NCBI GenBank assembly: GCA_963716745.1
Contig: OY970320.1
Location: forward strand, 128,001 to 192,000
DNA from: an uncultured Gemmatimonadaceae bacterium
GTDB taxonomy: Bacteria; Gemmatimonadota; Gemmatimonadetes; Gemmatimonadales; Gemmatimonadaceae
DNA length: 64,000 nt
Direction of reading: 5' to 3'
In this document: positions 49,340 to 60,969 of the stretch, piece after piece
Position numbering within the stretch: the first letter of the stretch is position 1
Layout: every line of letters starts with the position of its first letter
Position numbers and translations under genes: made by a program
Notes under the pieces: model-generated
Seen by the model: the letters and a program-made list of their open reading frames with translations, nothing else
What the model was told of the DNA's origin: nothing
Database searches by the model: none

Positions 49340-50258
49340 ACTTCGCGTCATCTGCGGGCCCACGGGAGCGGGGAAGTCCGCCCTCGCGATCGCGCTCGCC
49401 GCGCAGCGCGACCTGATGATCTTGAGCGCCGACTCGCGCCAGATCTATCGCGGTTTCGACATCGGCACCGCGAAGCCCACAGCTGAAGAGCGCGATCTCA
49501 TCCCGCATCGCGGGATCGATGTCGTCGAGCCCGGCGAACGTTTCTCGGCGGCGTCGTGGGCGGCGGCGGCGCGCGAGTGGATTGCAGAGGCCGTCCCGAT
49601 GGGGCGCACACCGGTCGTCGTCGGCGGCACCGGTTTCTACATTCGTGCGCTCACCGCACCGCTCTTCGAGGAACCGCCACTCGATCCCGAGCAACGCGCG
49701 GAGCTCGCCGGGGAGTTGGCCAAGCTCTCGATCGCCGAATTGCGGCGCCGCGTCGAGCAAGTCGATCCGGCGCGCGCGCGGCTCGGTCGCGCACAACTGC
49801 TGCGCGCACTCGAGGTCGCGACGCTCACCGGGACGCCGATCTCCACGTGGCACGAGCGCGGCGCCGCCGGCGCGCCTGGTGTGCCCGCGCGGTATCTTGT
49901 CGTGGACCCCGGCACCGTTCTGCGCGATTGGATCGCCGATCGCGCGGAGGGGATGTTCGAGGGCGGCTGGGCGGAGGAAGTCGCCGCGCTCGCTGAGACC
50001 GTGCCCGACGACGCCCCGGCGTGGAACGCGACCGGCTATGCGGTGATTCGTGACGTGGTGCGCGGGACGATCGATCGCGAAGAGGCGCTGGCGCTCGTGA
50101 CGATCGCCACGCGGCAGTATGCGAAACGGCAGCGCACCTGGTTCCGGCACCAGATCGCGGACCAGGATGTCACACGGATCGACCCTCGCAGCGAGGATGT
50201 GCTCGAGCGGGCGCTGGCCTGGTGGGATGCGGACGACGACCGAGGAACCGGCACGTGA
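49326..50258 (+). CDS. miaA: tRNA dimethylallyltransferase
   Basis: GPTGAGKS, ADSRQIYRGFDIGTAKP, VGGTGFY, TRQYAKRQRTWF. Confidence 0.97.
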   Translation: MAGNRLRVICGPTGAGKSALAIALAAQRDLMILSADSRQIYRGFDIGTAKPTAEERDLIPHRGIDVVEPGERFSAASWAAAAREWIAEAVPMGRTPVVVGGTGFYIRALTAPLFEEPPLDPEQRAELAGELAKLSIAELRRRVEQVDPARARLGRAQLLRALEVATLTGTPISTWHERGAAGAPGVPARYLVVDPGTVLRDWIADRAEGMFEGGWAEEVAALAETVPDDAPAWNATGYAVIRDVVRGTIDREEALALVTIATRQYAKRQRTWFRHQIADQDVTRIDPRSEDVLERALAWWDADDDRGTGT

Positions 50259-51382
50259 AGATCGGCATCACCTGCTACCCCACCTACGGCGGCTCGGGCG
50301 CCGTCGCGACCGAGCTGGGCATCGCACTCGCGGCGCGCGGTCACGAAGTGCATTTCATCACGTACAAGCAGCCGTTCCGGCTCCCGTCGTTCCTGCCGCG
50401 CGTCTTCTTCCACGAAGTGGACGTGCTGCGCTATCCGCTGTTCGAGTTCCCGCCCTACGATCTCGCGCTCGCGGTGCGGATGCACGAGGTGGTGCGCGAT
50501 CACGATCTGCAATTGATCCACGCGCACTACGCCATTCCGCACGCGACGAGCGCGTGGATCGCGCGCGAGATGCTCGAGGATCAGGACCGGAGCGTGCGCA
50601 TCATCACGACGCTCCACGGCACCGACATCACGCTCGTGGGCCAGGACCCGAGCTTCCAGGCGATCACGAAATTCTCGATCGAGCGCTCCGATGGGCTGTC
50701 GGCCGTTTCCGAGTACCTGCGCAAGGAGACGTACACGGCGTTCGGCTGCTCCACATGCGCGGTGGACGTGATCCCGAACTTCATCGATCCCGCGGTATAT
50801 GATCGCGCGCTCTATCCGCCGTTGCTGCGCGAACAGGTCGGCGCCAAGAAGAAGATCCTGATCCACGTGTCGAACTTCCGGCCGGTGAAGCGCGTGCGCG
50901 ACATCGTGCGCATCTTCGCAGGCGTGCAGCGCGAACTGCCGTCGGCCCTCGTGATGGTGGGCGACGGCCCCGATCGCGGCGCCGCGGAGCAGGAAGCGCG
51001 CGACCTGGGCGTGCACGAGCACGTGTACTTCCTCGGCAAGCTCGACGCCGTCGCACCGCTGCTCGCGAGCGCCGACTTGTTCCTGCTGCCGAGTGAGAAC
51101 GAGTCGTTCGGACTCTCGGCGCTCGAAGCGCTGGCGTGCGGCGTGCCGGTCGTGTGTTCGAACGCGGGCGGGCTGCCCGAGGTCGTGCGCGAAGGCGTGA
51201 CCGGCTCGCTGCGCCCCGCGGGTGATGTGGACGGCATGGTCGCGGCCGCGCTGGCGATCCTGCGCGACCCCGCACGGTGGGCGACCATGAGCGCCGCGGC
51301 CGCGGCGGACGCGCGCGCGCGCTTCGCGCAGGATGAGATCGTCGCGCAGTACGAACGGTTCTATGAAGGCGTCCTCGGTTAG
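50255..51382 (+). CDS. bshA: N-acetyl-alpha-D-glucosaminyl L-malate synthase (GT4)
   Basis: CYPTYGGSG.VATELG, HAHYAIPHA, TLHGTDITLVG, SNFRPVKR, ESFGL. Confidence 0.95.
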   Translation: MKIGITCYPTYGGSGAVATELGIALAARGHEVHFITYKQPFRLPSFLPRVFFHEVDVLRYPLFEFPPYDLALAVRMHEVVRDHDLQLIHAHYAIPHATSAWIAREMLEDQDRSVRIITTLHGTDITLVGQDPSFQAITKFSIERSDGLSAVSEYLRKETYTAFGCSTCAVDVIPNFIDPAVYDRALYPPLLREQVGAKKKILIHVSNFRPVKRVRDIVRIFAGVQRELPSALVMVGDGPDRGAAEQEARDLGVHEHVYFLGKLDAVAPLLASADLFLLPSENESFGLSALEALACGVPVVCSNAGGLPEVVREGVTGSLRPAGDVDGMVAAALAILRDPARWATMSAAAAADARARFAQDEIVAQYERFYEGVLG

Positions 51383-52172
51383 CGCCTATCTGGAACTCGC
51401 GCGCTGGCAGAATTGCCTCATCGCGGCGGCGGGCGTGTTGGTCGGGGCGTGGTGGGCGGGGTGGGGTCCGGTGGTCCCGATCGTGACCTTCGCGATCGCA
51501 GCGATCGCGTTCGCGGCATGCGGCAATGCCTTCGACGATGTGCGCGACGTGGAGATCGACCGGATCGTGCACCCGCAGCGCCCTATTCCTTCCGGCCGCA
51601 TCAGTCAACTCACGGCGCAGCGCTTCGCGATCATCGCCATGGTCATCGCCGTGGCGCTCGCTATCGCCGCGGCGCGATGGTTCTGGATGCCGGCGCTTCT
51701 GGTCGCGTTCCTCATGCTGAGCTATTCCCAGGAAATCAAGCCGCTCGGGATCCTTGGCAACGTGGTCGTCGCGATCTTGGGATCGCTCCCATTCCTGTTC
51801 GGTGCGGAGCTCGCGCGTGATCCTCGGGCCGGCGCGGTGCTCTTCAGCATTGCTCTCCCGTTCCACCTCGCGCGCGAGATCGCTAAGGACATCGATGACG
51901 TGCCGGGCGATCTTGGACATCGCCGGACCGTGCCGATCCGCTGGGGCCTGCCGGTCGCCCGCGCGCTGATCGTCGTCGCGCTCCTCCTGTTCGCGGTGCA
52001 GATTATCCCCGTCGCCCGTGCGCTCCCAATGCTCAAATGGCTGATCCTGCCGGCGCTCCTGCTCGCGGCGATCGGCGTCGCGCGATCGCTGCGTGGCCGT
52101 CCCGGTGCGCCACGCGCATTGAAGGCCGCGATGATCTGCACCATGGCCGCATTCGTGATCGCTCGCGTCTGA
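51363..52172 (+). CDS. UbiA family prenyltransferase, DGGGP synthase-like
   Basis: NAFDDVRDVEIDR..P.RPIPSG and REIAKDIDDVPGD. Confidence 0.8.
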   Translation: MKASSVSAYLELARWQNCLIAAAGVLVGAWWAGWGPVVPIVTFAIAAIAFAACGNAFDDVRDVEIDRIVHPQRPIPSGRISQLTAQRFAIIAMVIAVALAIAAARWFWMPALLVAFLMLSYSQEIKPLGILGNVVVAILGSLPFLFGAELARDPRAGAVLFSIALPFHLAREIAKDIDDVPGDLGHRRTVPIRWGLPVARALIVVALLLFAVQIIPVARALPMLKWLILPALLLAAIGVARSLRGRPGAPRALKAAMICTMAAFVIARV

Positions 52173-52191
52173 CCAACTCGTTCCCCTCGCG

Positions 52192-52997
52192 ATGACCCTC
52201 TTTCAGTCGCTGGTGCTCGGCATTCTCCAAGGACTCGCCGAGTTCCTGCCGATCAGCAGTTCCGCGCATCTCGCGCTCGCGCCGTGGCTCTTCGGATGGC
52301 CGGAGCCGGGACTCTCCTTCGACGTCGCGCTGCACCTCGGCACGCTCGTCGCGGTGCTCGGCTATTTCCGCGCCGAGTGGGTGCGCCTGGCACGCGCGGC
52401 GCTGAACATCGCGCGCACGAGGAAGGTCGTGACGCCGGAGGAGCGCCGCGTGCTCTTCCTGATCATCGCGACGATCCCCGGCGGCATCGCCGGCGTGCTG
52501 CTCGACAAGTACGCCGAGCACGCGTTCCGCGCGCCAGCGCTGATCGCGGGCGCGCTCATGGTGATGGGCGTTCTGCTCTGGCTCGTCGATCGTGCCGCGC
52601 CGGTCACGCGTTCACTCGACAGCATCCGCGGCCGCGACGCGTTGCTCATCGGTCTCGCCGCAGATGTTCGCGATCATCCCCGGCGTCTCGCGCTCGGGTT
52701 CGACGATCACGGCGGGCCGCGCGCTCGATCTCGATCGAGAGAGCGCCGCCACGTTCAGCTTCTTGATGAGCATGCCCATCATCGCGGCGGCCGCACTGTT
52801 CAAGGTGCCGCACTTGCTGCACGAGGGAGCACTCGCGATGCCATTGCTGGTCGGAGTAACCGCGGCCGCGGTCAGCGGGTGGTTCGCGATCGGGCTATTG
52901 CTGCGCTTCGTGACGCACCGCAGCTACGGCGATCTTCGCGGCCTATCGGCTCGTGCTCGGCGCGATCGTGCTCGCGCTCGTGGCGTACCGTGGTTGA
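52192..52997 (+). CDS. uppP: undecaprenyl-diphosphate phosphatase (frameshifts near 52657 and 52930)
   Basis: LGILQGLAEFLPISSSAHL, PGVSRSGSTI, FSFLMS.P, FAAYR. Confidence 0.95.
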
Positions 52998-53007
52998 TCA
53001 GCGCGGC

Positions 53008-53766
53008 ATGTCGCGCCTCGGCGCGAACGACACGTACGACGGCCGCGCCGGCGCGTCGCTCATGCAGCTGCTCGATCTGCCGCGCGTGGAGGTCTTCGAC
53101 TCCGTGACGTCCACGCTCGACGTCGCGCACGCGCTCGCGGAATCCGGCGCACCGGCGGGCACGCTGGTCCTCGCCGAGGAGCAGACCGCGGGGCGGGGGC
53201 GCGGCGGAAGGAGCTGGACTTCGGCGCCTGGCGCCGGGATCCTGGTGACGCTGCTCGAGCGGCCGCGCGATGCGAGAGTGATCGATCTGCTCTCGCTGCG
53301 CGTGGGACTCAAGGCGGCGCGCGTGCTCGACCGGTTCACCGTGGCGCCGGTGCAGGTGAAGTGGCCCAACGACCTCTTCGTCGGCGGCGAGAAGCTCGCG
53401 GGCGTGCTCGTGGAAGCGCGCTGGCGCGACGAGAAGCTCGAGTGGGTCGCGATCGGCATCGGCATCAATCTGCGCGCGCCGCGGGCGTTACCGGCCGCAG
53501 CGCTCCGCGGCGGCACGTCGCGCGTGGAAGTGCTCGCCGAACTCATCCCCGCGCTGCGCGCGGCGGCCGCCGCGACCGGACCGCTCTCGGCCAGAGAACT
53601 CGCCGATTTCGCGGCCCGCGATCTCGCCCGCGGAAGGCAGTGCACCGAGCCCGCCGTGGGCGCGGTGGCGGGCATCGATGCGAGCGGCGCATTGCTCGTC
53701 ACCAGCGCGGCCGGCACCACCGCGTGCCGCAGCGGATCGCTCGTCTTCGCGGAGGCAACGGCGTGA
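53008..53766 (+). CDS. birA: biotin-[acetyl-CoA carboxylase] ligase
   Basis: AEEQTAGRGRGGRSW, KWPNDL, KLAGVLVE, GIGIN. Confidence 0.93.
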   Translation: MSRLGANDTYDGRAGASLMQLLDLPRVEVFDSVTSTLDVAHALAESGAPAGTLVLAEEQTAGRGRGGRSWTSAPGAGILVTLLERPRDARVIDLLSLRVGLKAARVLDRFTVAPVQVKWPNDLFVGGEKLAGVLVEARWRDEKLEWVAIGIGINLRAPRALPAAALRGGTSRVEVLAELIPALRAAAAATGPLSARELADFAARDLARGRQCTEPAVGAVAGIDASGALLVTSAAGTTACRSGSLVFAEATA

Positions 53767-54548
53767 TCATCGTCTTCGATGTCGGGAATACCGAGACCAC
53801 GATCGGTCTGTTCGACGGTGCGCGCCTCGAGGCGCACTGGCGCATCAACACCGATGCGTCGCGCACGTCCGACGAATGCGCGATGCTGCTGGACGGATTG
53901 CTCCGGTATCGCGACGTGAAGCGCGCCGCGGTCACTGGGTCCGCGATCGGATCCGTGGTGCCCGCCGTGACCGGCCCGCTCTCGGACGCGTGCCGCGCGC
54001 TGTTCGGTGCCGCGCCGCGCATTGTGGACGCCGCGTCGGGCCTTCCCATCGTGCTCGATGTGGAGGAGCCCGCAACCGTGGGCGCAGACCGCCTCATCAA
54101 TACGCTCGCGGCGAGCCGCCTCTACAAGACGGACACCATCGTCGTGGATCTCGGGACCGCCACCACTTACGACTGCATCACCGCCGAAGGCGTGTTCCTC
54201 GGCGGGATCATCGCGCCCGGGCTGCGATCGAGTGCGGACACGCTCATTCGCCGAACGTCGAAGCTCCCGGCGACGGAGCTCGTGCCGCCCAAGCGCGCAC
54301 TCGGCCGCCGCACCGAGGAGTGCATTCGCGCCGGCGTGATGCTCGGCACCGCCGACATGATCGACGGGCTCGTACGACGGCTGAAGAAGGAGTGGCCTGG
54401 CGGGCGCGTGCCGAAGGTCGTCGCAACGGGAGGCTTCGCCGAAGCGATCGCGCCGCTCTCGGAGCAGATCGAACTCGTCGAGCCCTTCCTCACGCTGTAC
54501 GGTCTGCAGATCGCGCACGCGTTGCTCGAGGGCGCCAAGCAAGCGTGA
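53763..54548 (+). CDS. coaX: type III pantothenate kinase
   Basis: DVGNT, VGADR, VDLGTATT, GGIIAPG, ATGG. Confidence 0.96.
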   Translation: MIIVFDVGNTETTIGLFDGARLEAHWRINTDASRTSDECAMLLDGLLRYRDVKRAAVTGSAIGSVVPAVTGPLSDACRALFGAAPRIVDAASGLPIVLDVEEPATVGADRLINTLAASRLYKTDTIVVDLGTATTYDCITAEGVFLGGIIAPGLRSSADTLIRRTSKLPATELVPPKRALGRRTEECIRAGVMLGTADMIDGLVRRLKKEWPGGRVPKVVATGGFAEAIAPLSEQIELVEPFLTLYGLQIAHALLEGAKQA

Positions 54549-55453
54549 GAGCGGCGCGCGATCTCGGATACCGCCTGCTGCCGGGCGACGGATTCAGCTA
54601 TGTGCTGCATCTGCGTCCCGCCGAATGGCCGATCATGGCGGCGCACACGGCGCTAGGGTTCATCCTCGCGGTCGGCGTGAGCGGCGTGCTGCGCGGCGAA
54701 CAATTGGGCGCGCTCCTCGCGGGCCTCGCCATTTGGGTCATCCTCGGCAACGGCGGCACGCTCGCGATCAACAGCGCGTTCGATAAGGACGAGGGCGACA
54801 TCGGCTATCTCGACGCGCCGCCGCCACCGCCCGCGCGCCTCGCGCCGTTCGCGCTCGCGCTCATGGCGGTGGGGCAGGTGCTGGCCTTCGCGCTGCCGAT
54901 GGGATTCACGCTCGCGTATGCCGCGTGCTTCGCGATGTCGCTCGTGTACTCCGTGCCGCCGGTGCGACTGAAGGCGGTGGCCGGCGCCGACTGGCTGATC
55001 AACATGGTCGGCTTCGGCACGCTCACGCCGTACGCAGGCTGGGCAGTCACGGGACGCCCGCTGCCAGGCGTGATGGCGGTGGTGTTGTGGAGCTTCTGCG
55101 CGCTGTTCGCGTCGCTCTATCCGCTCACGCAGCTCTATCAGTTCGAGGAGGACAGCCGCCGCGGCGACCGCACGCTCGCGCTGATGCTCGGCATGCGCGG
55201 CAGCCTGATCGTCGCCGCGGCCGCGGCGGTGGTCGCATTCGCGATGCTCACCTGGGCCGCCGGCGCCACGCGCATCGCCCCCTGGCAATGGCTCGGCCTC
55301 GCGATCGCGGCGGCTGCCTGGAGCGCCGTTCTATTTCCGTGGCTCGCCGCGCACCAGCGCATGACGCCCGCGGAACATCAGAAGGGGATGTACGCGGCAT
55401 TGATCGCATGGGCGATCACGGATGTTGCGGTGATCGCGGCATTCGCCATCTGA
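54545..55453 (+). CDS. UbiA family prenyltransferase (second subfamily)
   Basis: NSAFDKDEGD, YSVPPVRLK, YPLTQLYQFEED..GD.TLA. Confidence 0.8.
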   Translation: MRAARDLGYRLLPGDGFSYVLHLRPAEWPIMAAHTALGFILAVGVSGVLRGEQLGALLAGLAIWVILGNGGTLAINSAFDKDEGDIGYLDAPPPPPARLAPFALALMAVGQVLAFALPMGFTLAYAACFAMSLVYSVPPVRLKAVAGADWLINMVGFGTLTPYAGWAVTGRPLPGVMAVVLWSFCALFASLYPLTQLYQFEEDSRRGDRTLALMLGMRGSLIVAAAAAVVAFAMLTWAAGATRIAPWQWLGLAIAAAAWSAVLFPWLAAHQRMTPAEHQKGMYAALIAWAITDVAVIAAFAI

Positions 55454-55464
55454 GACCGGTCGGT

Positions 55465-55617
55465 GCGGTCTCCGTCCGATCCGTTGCATCCGTCCGATCC
55501 GTTTAGAATTTGAACCGTGTGACGTCCTTGCCGCCTTGCGCTCGAGGCTCGAATGGAGAGATCACGGTTCATGCTTCGAACGGATCGGACGAATGGAACG
55601 GATGGGACGGAGACCGC
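55465..55617. repeat. long imperfect inverted repeat (~55-bp arms) built from ATCCGT units
   Basis: GCGGTCTCCGTCCGATCCGTT...TGAACCGTG versus CACGGTTCA...AACGGATGGGACGGAGACCGC. Confidence 0.8.
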
Positions 55618-55697
55618 GTGAACTGCTCAAAGTCATACTCAGCTAACTCAATACAAAATAGATACTTACACTTTACACTGTCGCGTGATGCCTTCGC

Positions 55698-55726
55698 TTG
55701 ACTGCGCGCGCGGAAGTCTCTAAGTT
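55698..55726 (+). promoter_or_regulatory. sigma70 promoter of groES-groEL
   Basis: TTGACT-N17-TAAGTT. Confidence 0.7.
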
Positions 55727-55733
55727 GCTTGTG

Positions 55734-55760
55734 CTAGCACTCAAGGCAGGTGAGTGCTAA
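55734..55760 (+). promoter_or_regulatory. CIRCE element (HrcA operator)
   Basis: CTAGCACTC-N9-GAGTGCTAA, one mismatch to TTAGCACTC-N9-GAGTGCTAA. Confidence 0.95.
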
Positions 55761-55819
55761 AGGAAGTCTCTACTATGTATCATCACTTCCTGTTGAACCC
55801 ATACGGAGGAGGACCAGCG

Positions 55820-56125
55820 ATGGCCACGAAGAACGCAGCAGCGGTGAAGGTCAATCCGCTCGCAGATCGAGTTGTGGTGCGGCCGATGGAGGACGCGGAA
55901 TCGATGCGCGGCGGGTTGTACATCCCCGACACCGCGAAGGAGAAGCCGCAGGTCGGCGAGATCGTCGCGGCCGGCCCCGGCCGGTACGAGAAGGACAAGC
56001 GCGTGCCGATGGAAGTGAAAGTCGGCGACAAGGTGCTGTACGGGAAGTACAGCGGCACCGAGGTCACGCTGGAGAACGAGCAGTATCTGATCCTGCGCGA
56101 GAGCGACGTTCTCGCGATCGTTTGA
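55820..56125 (+). CDS. groES: co-chaperonin GroES
   Basis: [36 protein letters not shown]. Confidence 0.98.
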   Translation: MATKNAAAVKVNPLADRVVVRPMEDAESMRGGLYIPDTAKEKPQVGEIVAAGPGRYEKDKRVPMEVKVGDKVLYGKYSGTEVTLENEQYLILRESDVLAIV

Positions 56126-56139
56126 TCCGCACCCACTAA

Positions 56140-57804
<1,665 letters not shown>

Positions 57805-57847
57805 CCTCCAACGGCACGTCGTTGGTGGTTGGACGTTCGATACGGCC

Positions 57848-57879
57848 GACGAGGGCCCGGCGAGAGCCGGGCCCTCGTC
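57848..57879 (+). terminator. hairpin after groEL
   Basis: GACGAGGGCCCGGC-GAGA-GCCGGGCCCTCGTC. Confidence 0.7.
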
Positions 57880-57893
57880 ACTTATATTCCGGC

Positions 57894-58718
57894 ATGAGAT
57901 CGTGTTTTACGGCTCTCCTCATCTGCAGCGCCGCCGCCGCTCCGCTCGGCGCGCAGTCGCTCCGCTTCCACGCGGACTCCGCGTCGCACGTCGCGGCGGT
58001 GCCGAGGGATTCGGTGCGCAATGCGAATGGGAGCCTGCGCGTCGCGAGCGCGGCGAACTACGAATTCCTCGTGAAGCACATCGCGCCGCTCGCGGAGCGC
58101 TGGGGGCGGGACCCGCGGCTCGGCATCGATCCCGGGTACGTCGTCGCGCTGCTCGTGAAGGAGAGTGCGGGCGATTCGCTCGCCGTCTCCGCCGCGCCGG
58201 CGCTTGGGCTCGCGCAGCTCACCGCGCGCACCGATGCGGATATGCGACTCATGGACACCGAGTATCACTTCCAGTGGATGGCGCCCGAGGTCACGGCGTG
58301 GCCGCGGTCGCCGCTCGTGCACTCCGGTTCGCCGACCGCGTCCGACATCGACTCGCTGCTCCGCGCCGGCGCGATCACGTCGCGCGATGAGTATCTGTTC
58401 GCGCCAACGCACGCCACGCGCGCCGCGGTCTTCTGGATCCGCCTGCTCGAGAACAAATGGTCCACGGATTTCTGGCCCGGCGGCTACGGCTCCTTCGCGC
58501 GCAAGGCGATCAATGGCGGCGCGCCGCTCACGGAATCGCAGCTCATCGATCTCGTGACAGTCTGCTACAACCGAGGCTACATCCGCGTGCACGATCTCGT
58601 GAAGCGCCACGGCGCCGCATGGACCGACCATCTCTCCGAACTCGGCGCCGACAGCGCCGAAGCGCGCGACTACCTCGAGCGCGTGCGCGCGTACGCCGCG
58701 CTCTTCGAGACGCGCTAG
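57894..58718 (+). CDS. lytic transglycosylase (SLT)-like secreted protein
   Basis: VKES catalytic Glu, GLAQL, CYNRG, YLERV. Confidence 0.7.
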   Translation: MRSCFTALLICSAAAAPLGAQSLRFHADSASHVAAVPRDSVRNANGSLRVASAANYEFLVKHIAPLAERWGRDPRLGIDPGYVVALLVKESAGDSLAVSAAPALGLAQLTARTDADMRLMDTEYHFQWMAPEVTAWPRSPLVHSGSPTASDIDSLLRAGAITSRDEYLFAPTHATRAAVFWIRLLENKWSTDFWPGGYGSFARKAINGGAPLTESQLIDLVTVCYNRGYIRVHDLVKRHGAAWTDHLSELGADSAEARDYLERVRAYAALFETR

Positions 58719-59935
58719 CGCGCCGCCGCGGCGCGCGCATGCGCCGCACTCAGCTGCCGGCGCATCGCATCGTTGAGCGCCACGGAACGGCGGCTCATCG
58801 CGCGCTCGGTGGTCCTAAGGAATTCTTCCAGACGGTACTCGGTCATCGCCTCGCCGTCGCCCCATGAGAAGGGGGCCACGTACCGCGGCGGCATCATGCT
58901 TCCGTACACATTCGATCCGGCGCCGATCACGGAACCGGTCGTGAGCCGCGCGCCAATGCCCGTCTTCACGTGGTCCCCGAACAAGGTGCCGAGCTTCACG
59001 GTGCCGGTGTCGCGCACGCCTTGTGGGGTCCACAGCGACACGGTGCCGTAGCTGTTCTTGAGGTTACTGGTGATCGTGCCCGCGCCGAGGTTGACCCACC
59101 TGCCGAGCACCGAGTGCCCGACGAAACCCGCATGCCCCTTGTTCGCGTGCCCGATCACGATGCTCTCGCTGATCTCGCCCCGCACCACGCACTGATCGCC
59201 AATGGAGCAGCCGGACACGCGGTCGCCGAGGATCTGCGTGTCGGCGCCGATGGCGCACGGTCCGACGACGCGCGTGAAGGCGCGCACCGTGCTGCCTGCG
59301 CGCACCATCACCGGTCCCGCGCTCACGTCGAACACCACGAGCGGCTCGATCGTCGCGCCTTCCTCCACGTACACCGGATGCGGCCCGATGACGGTCGCGT
59401 GATCCACGTGCGTACCCGAGAGCGTCGGGCCGATCGTGTCAATGTCGTCGCGCAGGAGAGGCAAGAGCGTCGTGATGAGATGCCAGACTTCGTCCAGCCA
59501 ACGGCCGGCGATCTCACTCGCGGGCGCGCGCCGCGGCGCTGCGAGCGACTCGAGCGCCGCGCTCCCATCCGCGAACGCGGCGAGCGGGATCTCTCGCGCG
59601 ACGCGCACTGCCGCTACGCGCCCGCCGTTCGACCACACCGCCGCGCCCTTGGCGAACTGTGCCGGCGAGAGCGACGCCGCAAACCGGCTGTTCGCGACGA
59701 TCGCACCCGCCGGGATCGCGCCGCGCACCGCCGGCGGCGCGCCCATCTCGGAGAAATCGGCCAAGTGCGCCGCGACGATGGCGCCGCTCGCGCGTACGCC
59801 CTCGATTGCGAGCGCCATCTCCCAGCGCCGCCGGATGAGTTCGGCGCCCGCGCGCAGTTCACTCGCCGGCCGTGTGAGCGCGAACGGCTCGAACCCTCGC
59901 GCGTGTGCATCGTCGTACAGGTAGAGCGCCGTCAT
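58715..59935 (-). CDS. GlmU-like sugar nucleotidyltransferase/hexapeptide-repeat protein
   Basis: PFALTRP.SELR.G, NKGHAGFVGHS.LG.WVNLGAGT..SNLKN. Confidence 0.85.
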   Translation of the reverse strand: MTALYLYDDAHARGFEPFALTRPASELRAGAELIRRRWEMALAIEGVRASGAIVAAHLADFSEMGAPPAVRGAIPAGAIVANSRFAASLSPAQFAKGAAVWSNGGRVAAVRVAREIPLAAFADGSAALESLAAPRRAPASEIAGRWLDEVWHLITTLLPLLRDDIDTIGPTLSGTHVDHATVIGPHPVYVEEGATIEPLVVFDVSAGPVMVRAGSTVRAFTRVVGPCAIGADTQILGDRVSGCSIGDQCVVRGEISESIVIGHANKGHAGFVGHSVLGRWVNLGAGTITSNLKNSYGTVSLWTPQGVRDTGTVKLGTLFGDHVKTGIGARLTTGSVIGAGSNVYGSMMPPRYVAPFSWGDGEAMTEYRLEEFLRTTERAMSRRSVALNDAMRRQLSAAHARAAAAR

Positions 59936-60969
59936 GACCGCTCGCGCACCTCCGGCGGCAGCGCATCTACCAGCTTCTTGAGATCGGCGGCGCGCTCACG
60001 CGTCGTCACGAGCGTAAGCCCGTCGCGCGCGACCACCACCAATCCTTCCACTCCATACGCCACCACGGTGTGCCCCTCGGCATGGATCACGTTCTCCCGC
60101 GCCTCCAACACATGCACGTCGCCCGCCGTGGCGTTGCCGGAGGCGTCCTTGGCGCGCACGCAATGCAGCGCCGCCCACGTGCCCACGTCGTCCCACCCGA
60201 AGTCGCCTCGCAGCACGAGCACTCTGCGGCTGCGCTCCAGTACGCCGTGATCCACCGAGATCGGCGAGCACTCCGCGAAGAACGTCGCGATCTCCTCGGG
60301 GTCGGAATGGATGAGCGCCTTCGTCACCTCGGGGCAGTGCAGCCGAACCTCCGTGAGGAAATCGCCCGCACCCCACACGAAGATCCCCGAGTTCCAGAGA
60401 CATCCCTCGCGCACGAGCGTTTCGGCGGTCGCGCGGTCGGGCTTCTCGATGAACTGTGCGACGCGCCGCGCCCCGTCGCGCGCTTCCTCGGCCGGCCGGA
60501 TGTAGCCGAACCCCGGGTCGGGGCGCGTCGGCACCACGCCCACGGTGATGAGGCTCCCCGAATTCTCCGCCACGGTGGCCGCCGCGCCGAGCGCAGTGCG
60601 GAATCCGTCGGCGTCGCCGATCGCCCAATCGGCGTGCACGCACATCATCACGGCGCCCACGCCATCGCGCCGGCTCACCTCGAGCGCCGCCCACGTGAGC
60701 GCCGGCGCCGTGCCTGCGGAGCGCGGCTCGGCGATGATGTTCTCCGACGGAAGCGACGGCAGCAGTTTGGCGACCGCGGGCGCGAGCGTAGCGTTGGTGA
60801 TCACGAGCGTGCGCTCCGCGGGCACGAGCGGCGCGAGGCGCGCGAGCGTCTCGGCCAGGAGCGGGACGTCGGTCACGAGCGGCAGCAGCTGCTTGGGGCG
60901 TGCCGGTGTGCTCAGCGGCCAGAAGCGCGAGCCGACGCCGCCGGCGAGGACCACCGCCCAGCGGCTCAC
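59932..60969 (-). CDS. manC: mannose-1-phosphate guanylyltransferase
   Basis: LAGGVGSRFWPLS..PKQ, GFGYI, FIEKP, WNSGIF, WDDVGTW. Confidence 0.9.
   Translation of the reverse strand: MSRWAVVLAGGVGSRFWPLSTPARPKQLLPLVTDVPLLAETLARLAPLVPAERTLVITNATLAPAVAKLLPSLPSENIIAEPRSAGTAPALTWAALEVSRRDGVGAVMMCVHADWAIGDADGFRTALGAAATVAENSGSLITVGVVPTRPDPGFGYIRPAEEARDGARRVAQFIEKPDRATAETLVREGCLWNSGIFVWGAGDFLTEVRLHCPEVTKALIHSDPEEIATFFAECSPISVDHGVLERSRRVLVLRGDFGWDDVGTWAALHCVRAKDASGNATAGDVHVLEARENVIHAEGHTVVAYGVEGLVVVARDGLTLVTTRERAADLKKLVDALPPEVRERS

Noticed and set aside
52192..53766. UppP-BirA fusion ORF (524 aa)
   Set aside because: Produced by indels in uppP; the real uppP ends at TGA 52997
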